Shown here piece by piece: positions 27,713-36,011 of a DNA stretch of 39,863 nucleotides. Every line of letters begins with the position of its first letter. Positions within the stretch are counted from its first letter, which is position 1. The notes under the pieces were generated by a model. It did no database searches. It was given only the letters and a program-made list of their open reading frames with translations, and was not told the origin of the DNA. Source of the stretch: a virus (Duplodnaviria > Caudoviricetes); the IMG/VR virus record IMGVR_UViG_3300020045_002020, positions 1-39,863 of that record, one strand, 5' to 3'. The translations under genes and the position numbers were made by a program.

Positions 27713-29634
27713 AATACTTCTCCTTTCTTGTCGTAGTCGATTAATTCATCCCAGTTAGTATCTGAGATAGCACCTTCTGAGAGCATTGGAACGTCAAACT
27801 CAATTGACTCCAACGCGTTTCTCATCACCTCCATCTCAGACTTTAAAATCTTCTTCGGGATGGAGGCCGTAACCTGATCGTGCACGTTCAGTACGATCTT
27901 CGAGTCAGGGTGCTTTGCTGCGTGGTACCTGATAATGGCTTCCTTAGTACAATCAGCGGCAGAACCTTGTATTAATACATTCACCATCTTGTAGTCAAAA
28001 GTTCTTAGTCTACCCTTAACTATCTCCGGTTCTTCACAGTAGTATTCGCGACCTCCCCATGTTCTAATGGGGATATTATTAACAGCCCTCATCTTCATGT
28101 CCTTGTACATATCCTTCAAACCAGGATACAGAGCTAGGATCGCTTTCTTCAGAGCTTCTGTCTCTTCAACTGACATGCCGTTCCGCTCTGCTAATGCGCC
28201 GACACCCATTCCGTAGATGATACCGAGATTGGTGTTCTTCACTGGTTTACGCTCGTAGTACTTGCCCATCTTAGCGAGCTCATCCTTGGCGTAGTCATGG
28301 AAGTCAATCCAAGGATCTTCAAGGTACTTATCAAGCAAGCTACCACCGTCGAAGTGTCCTAGTATCCTAGGCTCCTGCTGGGAGTAATCTCGATCGATGA
28401 AGATCTCACCTTTAAATGGAACTACGTACCCACGCACCTTGGGTAGGGCAGGTAGATCTTTGAACGGGCATGTTGGCAGGCCAGCTTTCAGTTTTCTGTC
28501 AGTCGTATCGTGCTTGAAGCACGGCTTGAACTCGTTAGGAATATTCTGGAAATTGGGGGTGGACGACAGACGACCAGTACGAGTTCCTGCATTGTCTGCT
28601 CCCTTAGGAGCTCTAACCTGATTCCAAGTGGTGAATATCAGCCCATTAGACTGCTCTGCAACCTTGAGCCATGGCACCATGAATGTACTGAGACAGGTTT
28701 TCAACTGAGATCTGTATTTAAGCACCGCGAGCAACTGCTTATCAGTAATAGCCACGAGCAAAGCATCTTTGTTTGTTTGATATTTACCAGTAGGAGTGAG
28801 TGGTGCTAGTTCTTCATCAACAAGCCCAGCCTCAAGCATCGCGTTGAATAGTTGCTGCCCACTGTTCAGGTTGATGTCAGCTGAGCACTTGAGCTTCTTG
28901 ATGACCCAATCATCTAGCTTATCCTGCCACTCACTGTACATCTTAACATCTGAGCGGAGTCTATCCAAATCGACTGGTAAACCCTGACGCTCCATCTCAA
29001 GGAGGATCGGCATAAGGCGGCGCTCGCGGTCATAGGCAACGAGCATATCACGGTCTTTGGTCTTCTTCCAAAGCATATTAAACAGCGCATGAGTTCTGTC
29101 AGTATCACCGTTGCCATACTTAGCGGCAAGCTTCCCAGGAGCAAATGCAAGGTAGCGGCCGAAGTAGTGTTCAGACGACTTAGACTTACTGATCTTAACG
29201 CCAGGGATAGGTTGATTCTCTATGAGCCATTCACCGATCATGTCCTGCTCTTCTGCTTCCCACCCAAGCAACCGCTCTGATGATGGTTTCAGACTGAGTT
29301 CTTTCTGGTGTGGATCGTCTAAGAAAAGCAAAAACATGGTGTCATGTATTTTATCCCAGGATGGGACTTCTAAACCAAAGTGAGCTTCAGCAACGTCTAC
29401 ATCGAACTTGCCATTCTGAAACAGAATACCATCTTTACACTGATAAGCTTTCTCTAAGGCAGTAGCCGCTTCGGACCAGCAGCAGTTGTTCTCAGTAGGA
29501 TGACCGAACGCGTAGTACTTAGACTTCTTCTCTCCGTACTTGATAGAGACACCAACAGGTAGCGGCGGATATTTAGGTCGTCCCTCTATTCCGAAGGTTT
29601 CGAAATCGACCGTGACTGGATTAGGTTGTTTCAT
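27709..29634 (-). CDS. polA: DNA polymerase, family A
   Basis: DFET exonuclease motif, TGRLSS.PNFQNIP, DYSQQEPR, K..NLGIIYG, IQGSAAD, VHDQ. Confidence 0.95.
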   Translation of the reverse strand: MKQPNPVTVDFETFGIEGRPKYPPLPVGVSIKYGEKKSKYYAFGHPTENNCCWSEAATALEKAYQCKDGILFQNGKFDVDVAEAHFGLEVPSWDKIHDTMFLLFLDDPHQKELSLKPSSERLLGWEAEEQDMIGEWLIENQPIPGVKISKSKSSEHYFGRYLAFAPGKLAAKYGNGDTDRTHALFNMLWKKTKDRDMLVAYDRERRLMPILLEMERQGLPVDLDRLRSDVKMYSEWQDKLDDWVIKKLKCSADINLNSGQQLFNAMLEAGLVDEELAPLTPTGKYQTNKDALLVAITDKQLLAVLKYRSQLKTCLSTFMVPWLKVAEQSNGLIFTTWNQVRAPKGADNAGTRTGRLSSTPNFQNIPNEFKPCFKHDTTDRKLKAGLPTCPFKDLPALPKVRGYVVPFKGEIFIDRDYSQQEPRILGHFDGGSLLDKYLEDPWIDFHDYAKDELAKMGKYYERKPVKNTNLGIIYGMGVGALAERNGMSVEETEALKKAILALYPGLKDMYKDMKMRAVNNIPIRTWGGREYYCEEPEIVKGRLRTFDYKMVNVLIQGSAADCTKEAIIRYHAAKHPDSKIVLNVHDQVTASIPKKILKSEMEVMRNALESIEFDVPMLSEGAISDTNWDELIDYDKKGEVL

Positions 29635-29812
29635 TAGTAAATTCCGGCATTAGTATTGGCAATTCGTCTTCTTCCACTTCGATCTTCTTACGACACCTTT
29701 GGCAGATTGCGTAATACCCAAGATGCAGTAACCCTAGGCTGGCGCGTTGAACGCAGTCGTATTGCGAGTGTGTTAAGATGTGACCTTTGAAGAAGCAGAC
29801 TAGGCGCTTCAT
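29621..29812 (-). CDS. Hypothetical protein (C...GH / CxRC)
   Basis: Small ORF in the operon. Confidence 0.6.
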   Translation of the reverse strand: MKRLVCFFKGHILTHSQYDCVQRASLGLLHLGYYAICQRCRKKIEVEEDELPILMPEFTNETT

Positions 29813-29827
29813 ACATCCGAGTCCTGA

Positions 29828-30040
29828 TCAGTGACTGCATCTTCCTAACTCCCTACGTTCTCGGTCGGCACGTGCTTTGTTCAGGCGGCTGTGAATCCGC
29901 TTCATAAACTGCTGGCGTCTACGGTTGCTTCGTTCTTCGTCTAGCAACTTGTGACAGGTGGCTTCATCGGCATCTCGTATGAAGTCATTCAACTTGATCC
30001 AAGTTTCAAGGGCTGGGTGATTAACTTCTTTTTTAAACAT
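29828..30040 (-). CDS. Hypothetical protein
   Basis: GAGGT RBS before the ATG at 30040. Confidence 0.7.
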   Translation of the reverse strand: MFKKEVNHPALETWIKLNDFIRDADEATCHKLLDEERSNRRRQQFMKRIHSRLNKARADRERRELGRCSH

Positions 30041-30117
30041 ATTTACCTCGTATATTAGGCTGGTAATACTCGCGCCATTTAACACCTACCGTTGCGACTG
30101 GTGCACATAAATCTTAG

Positions 30118-30270
30118 TTAGGCATCATGTGATTGCCTTTCGTGATCCTCGATTGATTTGGCTATGTACTCGCCAAGCCCAGTTGCTGCAAACAATGCTT
30201 CTAGCAATTCTTGCTTCGCCATTCGCTGCGCTTCTTTCTGCAAGATTTGCCATTTTTCATCGTCGTTCAT
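30118..30270 (-). CDS. Cassette-borne hypothetical protein (50 aa)
   Basis: GGAGG RBS; stop codon inside the GTTAGGC core at 30117-30123. Confidence 0.65.
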   Translation of the reverse strand: MNDDEKWQILQKEAQRMAKQELLEALFAATGLGEYIAKSIEDHERQSHDA

Positions 30271-30282
30271 TTCATCCTCCGT

Positions 30283-30337
30283 GCCTAACATTTGCGTCAA
30301 CGCGGACGCTCCGCTTTGCTACGCGCCGGTGTTATGC
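30283..30337 (+). mobile_element. attC-like site B1 (right arm partly deleted)
   Basis: GCCTAACATTTGCGTCAACGCGGACGC...GCGCCGGT-GTTATGC; GCCTAAC is the exact complement of GTTAGGC at 30117. Confidence 0.72.
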
Positions 30338-30519
30338 CCCGTAGAGTCAGCTGCCACGGTACGGTACATCGGCATATAGTTGTCGCACTCGACGCCGCGT
30401 ACTGAAATCGTGTAATCGAACATTGCCACGCTTTGCCAGTCGCTTGCTTTTGCCTGCACTCGATAGCAGTGCCCTGCGTTCGGGCAAAGTGTCTGGGAAC
30501 ACATTGTAATGTCAGCCAT
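30319..30519 (-). CDS. Cassette-borne Cys-rich hypothetical protein
   Basis: MADITMC....CP....CYR; AAGGA RBS. Confidence 0.7.
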   Translation of the reverse strand: MADITMCSQTLCPNAGHCYRVQAKASDWQSVAMFDYTISVRGVECDNYMPMYRTVAADSTGHNTGA

Positions 30520-30534
30520 ATCAATCCTTCCGTT

Positions 30535-30590
30535 GCATAACTGTGCCTTCAACTCGGACGCCTTAGGCGTCGGTTAAGGCGGCGTTAGCC
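30535..30590 (+). mobile_element. attC-like site B2 (56 bp, canonical looking)
   Basis: GCATAAC TGT GCCTTcAACtCGgACGCC TTA GGCGTCGGTTAAGGC GGC GTTAGCC. Confidence 0.85.
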
Positions 30591-30904
30591 GTCACAAGTC
30601 GGTAGTCGTAGTCATCAACGTACCCTGTTTCGTAGTCATGGCTTTCGTTGCACACCACCACTTCGTAAATTCCGTCTTCGACCTCGCTTAAATTCAAGAT
30701 GCGCAGCAAAACCTCTTCCGCACCTATCGCGTTGGCGTCTTCGGAAAGGATGTTGAATCCTTCGCACTGGCGGCGCAAGAACGTCAGGCTTTTCTTCGTG
30801 TACAGCCCACGCTTGTCTGCCCATACCGTCGTCTTCACCCGCACCGTGCAACGGCTAACATTTACGCCAACCGGACCTTGCGCCATGAGCGTTTCGAGGT
30901 TCAT
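30563..30904 (-). CDS. Cassette-borne hypothetical protein
   Basis: GGAGG RBS and ATG in the loop of attC B3; stop codon in the loop of attC B2. Confidence 0.75.
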   Translation of the reverse strand: MNLETLMAQGPVGVNVSRCTVRVKTTVWADKRGLYTKKSLTFLRRQCEGFNILSEDANAIGAEEVLLRILNLSEVEDGIYEVVVCNESHDYETGYVDDYDYRLVTANAALTDA

Positions 30905-30949
30905 TGTTCCTCCTGTGCTGGCGCAAGGCCGGTTACGTTATCATTAGTA
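30853..30949 (+). mobile_element. attC-like site B3
   Basis: GGCTAAC...ACGCcAACCGGaCCTTGCGCCA / TGGCGCAAGGCCGGTTACGT...ATTAGTA; two extra bases (C, A); right core degenerate (ATT for GTT). Confidence 0.8.
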
Positions 30950-31780
30950 CTTACGGCCCTTACGATCCGGGGTTTTCTTCGCTGCTGGTTTATTGGCGGC
31001 GCGACTCTTCTTCGGAGCAGGTTCTTCCTCACCTAACTGATATGGGAAGTCGATAGTGCTCTGAGCTTCAGCGCGGCGATCCATGATGGCAGCCATGATC
31101 TCATCAGGCACCTTCTGAATCGGTTCAAATGTTACCTTGAACTGAGTCTTGGCATCCGGCACTACAGATACGCGCGTGATGATACCAAACGGAGGACGCT
31201 TGAGAGCACCAGCAACCTGCTTGACAAAGTTCGCGTAACCCTTAACAGAGGTCACAGGAAGTTTCATGAAACCCATAGTGGTAGATGAGTAGTGATCAAG
31301 CTCTCCGAAGAGTTCAAGATTACCATTACGGTCGAAGTTACCGGCAGGAATCATGGCGAGGCGGCGGGTGTTGCGACAAGCCTTACCCTTACCAGTATTG
31401 GCAGAACCCCACTCGTTATTCTCACAGTTCTTGCACAGGTCTTCAATCTGATTCTGACCGACTTCGCGCACAATGATATGAGGTTCAAGATCTGCTTCTT
31501 CAGAAGCGAGCGCGAAACACGTAGGACTTTGAGGTACGTCTGGGTCATAACGACCTTCATAGAAGACATTCTCAAAGATCGTATCTAAGATGATGACCGC
31601 CATCTCGTTGTTCGGTACGGGTGAATCCTGCCAGCTGAGCACTCCGCCCTTAACGGAGAAGAACTGACCTCCTCCAGTAGAGGATTCAGCTACAGCCGCT
31701 TGTTCAGCTGCTTTTGCTAGTTCTTCATCCCAAGTTGCAACTGCTTTAGACTTGGAAGTTGTTGCTTTATTTGTAGCCAT
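30944..31780 (-). CDS. Putative ssDNA-binding/annealing protein
   Basis: CKNC..N.WGS...GKGKACRN.RRL motif; position in the replication module; GGAG RBS at the 31780 start. Confidence 0.6.
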   Translation of the reverse strand: MATNKATTSKSKAVATWDEELAKAAEQAAVAESSTGGGQFFSVKGGVLSWQDSPVPNNEMAVIILDTIFENVFYEGRYDPDVPQSPTCFALASEEADLEPHIIVREVGQNQIEDLCKNCENNEWGSANTGKGKACRNTRRLAMIPAGNFDRNGNLELFGELDHYSSTTMGFMKLPVTSVKGYANFVKQVAGALKRPPFGIITRVSVVPDAKTQFKVTFEPIQKVPDEIMAAIMDRRAEAQSTIDFPYQLGEEEPAPKKSRAANKPAAKKTPDRKGRKY

Positions 31781-31902
31781 GGTAATAATCTCCGGAAGAT
31801 TATAGTTACTAGTCACTAGTTAATGCCCTGCAGGATTGGCGTCACCCACGCTCGGAGCCAAGCGATCAATCTCAGACGGAGTCTGCTTCTCCTCGATTAG
31901 TG

Positions 31903-32304
31903 TTAAACCTTATTCATTGAGATAGAAACAACGGTGAACTTCTCGATGCCAGGAATCTCTTTTCCAGACTCCCACATCTCAGTGATGGCCGCAACTGTAG
32001 GACGAAGCTTGTTCGCTAGATCAAACCGCTTAGTGCGATTAATGTACTTGCGGAATGCCTCTTCATCCTTCACCTGAGGCACGTCCTTTTTCACGACAGT
32101 GACTCGTGCCACTTTGCCGGCAACACCAGACGCTTCTGACTTGGGAAGCGTGTCTATGATGTGAGCCTTCAGTGCAGACTCCTCAGCAGCGATCTCATCC
32201 ACGTCTTTCTGCAATGCTAGCCGCGCTTGCCGTAGTTCGTAGAGCTTATCGGCACAAACACCGATAGATTTAGGGAATTTAAAAGTATTCTTTGAAGTTT
32301 CCAT
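31903..32304 (-). CDS. Hypothetical coiled-coil protein of the replication module
   Basis: First gene after a promoter; C-terminal GKEIPGIE motif. Confidence 0.75.
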   Translation of the reverse strand: METSKNTFKFPKSIGVCADKLYELRQARLALQKDVDEIAAEESALKAHIIDTLPKSEASGVAGKVARVTVVKKDVPQVKDEEAFRKYINRTKRFDLANKLRPTVAAITEMWESGKEIPGIEKFTVVSISMNKV

Positions 32305-32339
32305 AACGGTATCCTTAGCAAGTTGATTAATGTAGGGTC

Positions 32340-32368
32340 ATTCTAACACGTCTAAACCTGGTTGTAAA
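32340..32368 (-). promoter_or_regulatory. Sigma70-like promoter
   Basis: TTTACA-N17-TAGAAT with extended -10 TG. Confidence 0.8.
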
Positions 32369-32377
32369 CACTTAGTT

Positions 32378-32587
32378 TTAGTTTAACGTAGCTCCTTGGG
32401 TCTGTATGTCGAGGACGGCAGAATCTATAACATGGCGAAGGTCTTCTCCCATCATAATCTTAGCAGCTCCGTCTACCCAGTATTGGCAAACCCATGTCCG
32501 TTCCCAACCGTCTGTGTTCAAGGAATCATAGGTCGCAATGCAAAGCCCGTAGTTTCCCAAGGCGTTCAACCGCTCGGAGTCAGTCAT
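32378..32587 (-). CDS. Hypothetical protein
   Basis: MTDSERLNAL...LRHVID. Confidence 0.7.
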   Translation of the reverse strand: MTDSERLNALGNYGLCIATYDSLNTDGWERTWVCQYWVDGAAKIMMGEDLRHVIDSAVLDIQTQGATLN

Positions 32588-32700
32588 AAAAGGACCTTTA
32601 GTACGTAATCAGTCAAGACTTGGATTACAGTTGAGAGATGTAGTATTAGGCGGAAGGAGACCACTGCTCCAACAAGTAGTACTACCTCTGACCACTTCAT
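32584..32700 (-). CDS. 38-aa hydrophobic peptide
   Basis: MKWSEVVLLVGAVVSFRLILHLSTVIQVLTDYVLKVLL; ATGA overlaps at both ends. Confidence 0.6.
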   Translation of the reverse strand: MKWSEVVLLVGAVVSFRLILHLSTVIQVLTDYVLKVLL

Positions 32701-32981
32701 ACTGGATCACCAGGCATCGTGTTGTAACCAAGTTCATTCATAAAACACTGCTCTGTTATTCTAGCTAGGGCGACGCATTGGCTCATGCGCATACCGGCTT
32801 GGTACCAGGTGATGTTATACTCATCATCGTTGTCATCTAAGCAAATGACGAGTATCTTACTTCCCTTTTCCAAAGCGCCGACCTTTCCAATATCTTTTAA
32901 TGCTCGGTTTAGACATTGCTCAGGAGATTGATGCCTAGCATCTTTAGTCTTATCAGACAAGCTGATTACGTTCTTCATCAC
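32697..32981 (-). CDS. Hypothetical protein
   Basis: ATGA-coupled to the ligase gene. Confidence 0.7.
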   Translation of the reverse strand: MMKNVISLSDKTKDARHQSPEQCLNRALKDIGKVGALEKGSKILVICLDDNDDEYNITWYQAGMRMSQCVALARITEQCFMNELGYNTMPGDPV

Positions 32982-33856
32982 ATGTCTCTCCAGTCACGTA
33001 GCCCCAGGAACACAGGGAAGCGTGGCTTGTCTTTCACACCTGTGGGCTGGAACTTATACTTCACTGTCAAGCCAACGTACACGCTACGATTTATCCACAT
33101 GTTCTTGCGCTGTTCGTGTGTAAACCCTGAACCAATGCTGAACTCAACACCTGTCTTCAGGTCTCTAACCTGTAAAGCACCAAGCAACTCCTTAGCAACC
33201 TTGCCCTCTTTCTTCGAGCTGCGTTCTGACTGACCAAGTTCGTTCTTCTCTGGATTGTTTGTGTTGTGCATGAACTGGTCAAACCCAATGATTGTAGCTT
33301 CTGAGTCCTCAAACCGTTTCAACTTCAGAAGGTAGCCTTGGTTCACAGTGCTTCGGCCATATTTGTATGGCTTCTGAGAATGTCGGATCATCACACCCTC
33401 GAACCCATCGTTTAAGCACTTATGTTCAAATGCGAGTAGTTCACCTTCGTTCTGAATAACTCGCTGCTCTACAAGCACAACATTAACCTTATTAGCCAGT
33501 GCCACAATCTGGTTGGCAATCTGAAACCGTTTAGCGTACGGCAGACTAGGTTTATCGAAGTAATCAAACACTAGGAAGACAAAACCTGGTTCACCTTCAT
33601 GGCTCATGATAGCAGACGTCGTTTTCTGGAATACATCAGGATTGGTTGGCTTACCCACGATCAGCTCACCATCCAAGCCACTGAGTTTCTTAAGCCCAAG
33701 CTCTTTCTGTACGTGCTCATTTGGTATTAGCTTAAGGCTGCGACTCACGACTCGACCATCACAAATTAGACACCGCACACCATCAAGTTTTGGGCTGGCA
33801 AGAATCGGGTATGTTAACTTGCTCAGATCGGCCGCTACAGCTAGCATAGGTTTCAT
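32978..33856 (-). CDS. lig: ATP-dependent DNA ligase
   Basis: SPKLDGVR, LDGEL, EGVMIR, LLKLK, IGSGF, PRFPVF. Confidence 0.95.
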   Translation of the reverse strand: MKPMLAVAADLSKLTYPILASPKLDGVRCLICDGRVVSRSLKLIPNEHVQKELGLKKLSGLDGELIVGKPTNPDVFQKTTSAIMSHEGEPGFVFLVFDYFDKPSLPYAKRFQIANQIVALANKVNVVLVEQRVIQNEGELLAFEHKCLNDGFEGVMIRHSQKPYKYGRSTVNQGYLLKLKRFEDSEATIIGFDQFMHNTNNPEKNELGQSERSSKKEGKVAKELLGALQVRDLKTGVEFSIGSGFTHEQRKNMWINRSVYVGLTVKYKFQPTGVKDKPRFPVFLGLRDWRDM

Positions 33857-34131
33857 TTGTTTTGTCCTCTACCATTACACGCTTCGCATCGCATTTTTAC
33901 AGTATTGAACCCATGCCCTCGGGCCACAGATCCAGATCCGTTACAATTCCCGCACTTTTTAGGCTTCTTGGAATACTCCAAAGCTTCCATGTACGCAGTG
34001 CGGAGCTCGTTAAACTTATCAGCATCTCCTCCCTTATCAGGATGGTTAAGATTAGCTAGTTCTCTCCAACGAATCTTCACCTCCTCAGGAGATGCCGTGG
34101 GCAGCAAGCCCAACAAGGTGAACGCCTTCAT
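33853..34131 (-). CDS. Mini J-domain protein with DnaJ-type zinc finger
   Basis: HPDKGG motif; CGNCNGSG and CEACNGRG. Confidence 0.85.
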   Translation of the reverse strand: MKAFTLLGLLPTASPEEVKIRWRELANLNHPDKGGDADKFNELRTAYMEALEYSKKPKKCGNCNGSGSVARGHGFNTVKMRCEACNGRGQNK

Positions 34132-34811
34132 CCAAGCACCTCCTTCAGTGAAGGGTAGTGTTCAAGCAGAAGATCTCGGCAATCTTCAGCAATTTCGCGA
34201 TGCTCTTTCTGAGTACCGCTACCCGTACGCAACTGAATGTAGTGAATCCAACTACGAACCGTGCCGCTCATATACAGACGAGACTCGGTCAAGCCTTCAG
34301 GAAGGACAGATCGAGCAACCTCCTTGGCGATACCCGCGTTCAAGGCTTGGTTGTACTGGTCGTGAGCATAGGTAGCCACTGACTGTTGAGCAGACGACCA
34401 CCAAAGAGTTAGTTCGTCATCATCTATCTCAATACTACTTTGCCTGTTCTTTACATCTTGGAGTCGTGCTTCACGAATCACCGGAGCCGCTTGCACCTCA
34501 GCATACCGCTGGCTGAACTCTTGGAAGCTGAACGAGCGGTGGCGTAGGATTTGGCGGGCAATATCACGAGTCGTTACGATCTCGATCACAGCATGAGCCA
34601 TCTCGAACGGAGACCAGTGTTGATTCTCCACCATGTACTCAAGCAGCTTATCAGACGTGCCGTGGTTCAGCTGATTTCTCGGATTAGAGACTCGTGCACA
34701 GTAAGCAATGAGTGCTTGAGCTGGGTTCCAGACATCTCCGCCTTCAGGACCATCAACAACGCCGACACCTAGCAACGGTTGTGTCAATGCAATTAAACGG
34801 ACAGCCATCAT
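34128..34811 (-). CDS. thyX: FAD-dependent thymidylate synthase
   Basis: HWSPFE, RQILRHRSFSFQEFSQRY, EVARSVLP, TQKEHR. Confidence 0.95.
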   Translation of the reverse strand: MMAVRLIALTQPLLGVGVVDGPEGGDVWNPAQALIAYCARVSNPRNQLNHGTSDKLLEYMVENQHWSPFEMAHAVIEIVTTRDIARQILRHRSFSFQEFSQRYAEVQAAPVIREARLQDVKNRQSSIEIDDDELTLWWSSAQQSVATYAHDQYNQALNAGIAKEVARSVLPEGLTESRLYMSGTVRSWIHYIQLRTGSGTQKEHREIAEDCRDLLLEHYPSLKEVLG

Positions 34812-35248
34812 ACGTACCTCTTGAGTGAGTGAACGATCTGGCGGAAGATGAAGTCCTTGGCTTGCTGCTCCTTAGGCAGGTCATTAAACGGAACAATGCA
34901 AGGGTGGGTCTTCTGACCAGGATCTTTAACCTCTCCATATACCCACCCTTCATCAATCTTCTGCTTCATCCATGAGGCGTGGGAGATTTCAGGCCCATAA
35001 TCTGCTGAGAAGTGTAACCTGACACCAAGCCTTGCGGAATCCTTCTGCCAATCTGGAGCGTCTCCCCACGATGGTTGAGATAAATCTCCAAGTGATTCAC
35101 AATACGCTTTATTCACTTCATGGCAGACTCTGGCTATGAAGTCTACAGTCACATGGGACTTTTCGTTGCTGATTTCGCTCGTCACCTCCCTACGAACTTT
35201 CCTAAAGAATTGGTATTCAGGAAGTTCTACTTTCGCTTGGTCGTTCAT
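34808..35248 (-). CDS. RyR-domain protein
   Basis: H.SWM..K..EGW.YG..KD...KTHPCIVPF..LP..QQ.KD. Confidence 0.8.
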   Translation of the reverse strand: MNDQAKVELPEYQFFRKVRREVTSEISNEKSHVTVDFIARVCHEVNKAYCESLGDLSQPSWGDAPDWQKDSARLGVRLHFSADYGPEISHASWMKQKIDEGWVYGEVKDPGQKTHPCIVPFNDLPKEQQAKDFIFRQIVHSLKRYV

Positions 35249-35250
35249 GG

Positions 35251-35601
35251 TTAAACTCCTACAATTTCTTCAAGATCGTTAATAAGGTTGCGGATGTCAC
35301 AGATCAGAGAACGACGAGACTCTTCAGATCTACCATACCGCTCGAGGATCCCGCTGGGTTTGTTCTCGACGTTTCCCCGATCTTCAATTGGGAAGGGCCC
35401 GACGAATTTCTCTTTAAGATTCACTAAGCGCATCTGTAAATCGTGCAACTCACAATTGTGCTGCTCAGATTGTTGCACAAAGGATTCAAGCGGAGCCATT
35501 ACACAGCCGCGCACAGAGATAGCTGGTTCATTTGGGGGATCATACCGTTGAGAAGGTGCATTTACGTTATTCAGCCTGGATGTTCCTTTTATCCCGCCCA
35601 T
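35251..35601 (-). CDS. Hypothetical protein
   Basis: GGAG RBS. Confidence 0.7.
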   Translation of the reverse strand: MGGIKGTSRLNNVNAPSQRYDPPNEPAISVRGCVMAPLESFVQQSEQHNCELHDLQMRLVNLKEKFVGPFPIEDRGNVENKPSGILERYGRSEESRRSLICDIRNLINDLEEIVGV

Positions 35602-35629
35602 AATGTAACTCCACAGTTTTATTAAGGTT

Positions 35630-35665
35630 AAAAGAAAGCCCTCAGAGCTTCCACAGTGAGGGCTT
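35630..35665 (-). terminator. Rho-independent terminator
   Basis: AAGCCCTCA / TGAGGGCTT stem followed by TCTTTT on the - strand. Confidence 0.7.
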
Positions 35666-35670
35666 GAGGA

Positions 35671-35880
35671 TTAAGCAGCTTTGATCGCTGCTTTCAGATC
35701 CTTAAGGCAACCGGCAACGGCTTTCTTGCTGGTCTTGCACTTGTTTTCTTTGTTATCGGCAGCGATTTCGTCGATCAGTAAGCGGACACGCTTGGTCTCG
35801 GCTTTAGTGGCATTAGACTCAGCTTTCTCAACCAAGGCTGCTACCTTCGGATCTTCCAATAATTTCTTGCTCATGTTCAT
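35671..35880 (-). CDS. Small basic helical hypothetical protein
   Basis: GGAG RBS; has its own promoter and terminator. Confidence 0.72.
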   Translation of the reverse strand: MNMSKKLLEDPKVAALVEKAESNATKAETKRVRLLIDEIAADNKENKCKTSKKAVAGCLKDLKAAIKAA

Positions 35881-35932
35881 ATCTCCACAGTTCAAAGTTA
35901 ACTAGCCTCGGAATATCCCTCAGCTATATAAG

Positions 35933-35961
35933 ATCCTAAACCGTTAGAAGGCAGTTGTAAA
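35933..35961 (-). promoter_or_regulatory. Sigma70-like promoter
   Basis: TTTACA-N17-TAGGAT. Confidence 0.75.
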
Positions 35962-36011
35962 CATGTGGTTTTAACTTATTTTTACCTACGTTTGTATAAA
36001 ATCATCTCTCC

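Noticed and set aside
30077-30123. Complete attC site left of array B
   Set aside because: ATTTAAC and GTTAGGC cores are present but the internal arms do not pair convincingly; only the right core is used as evidence.
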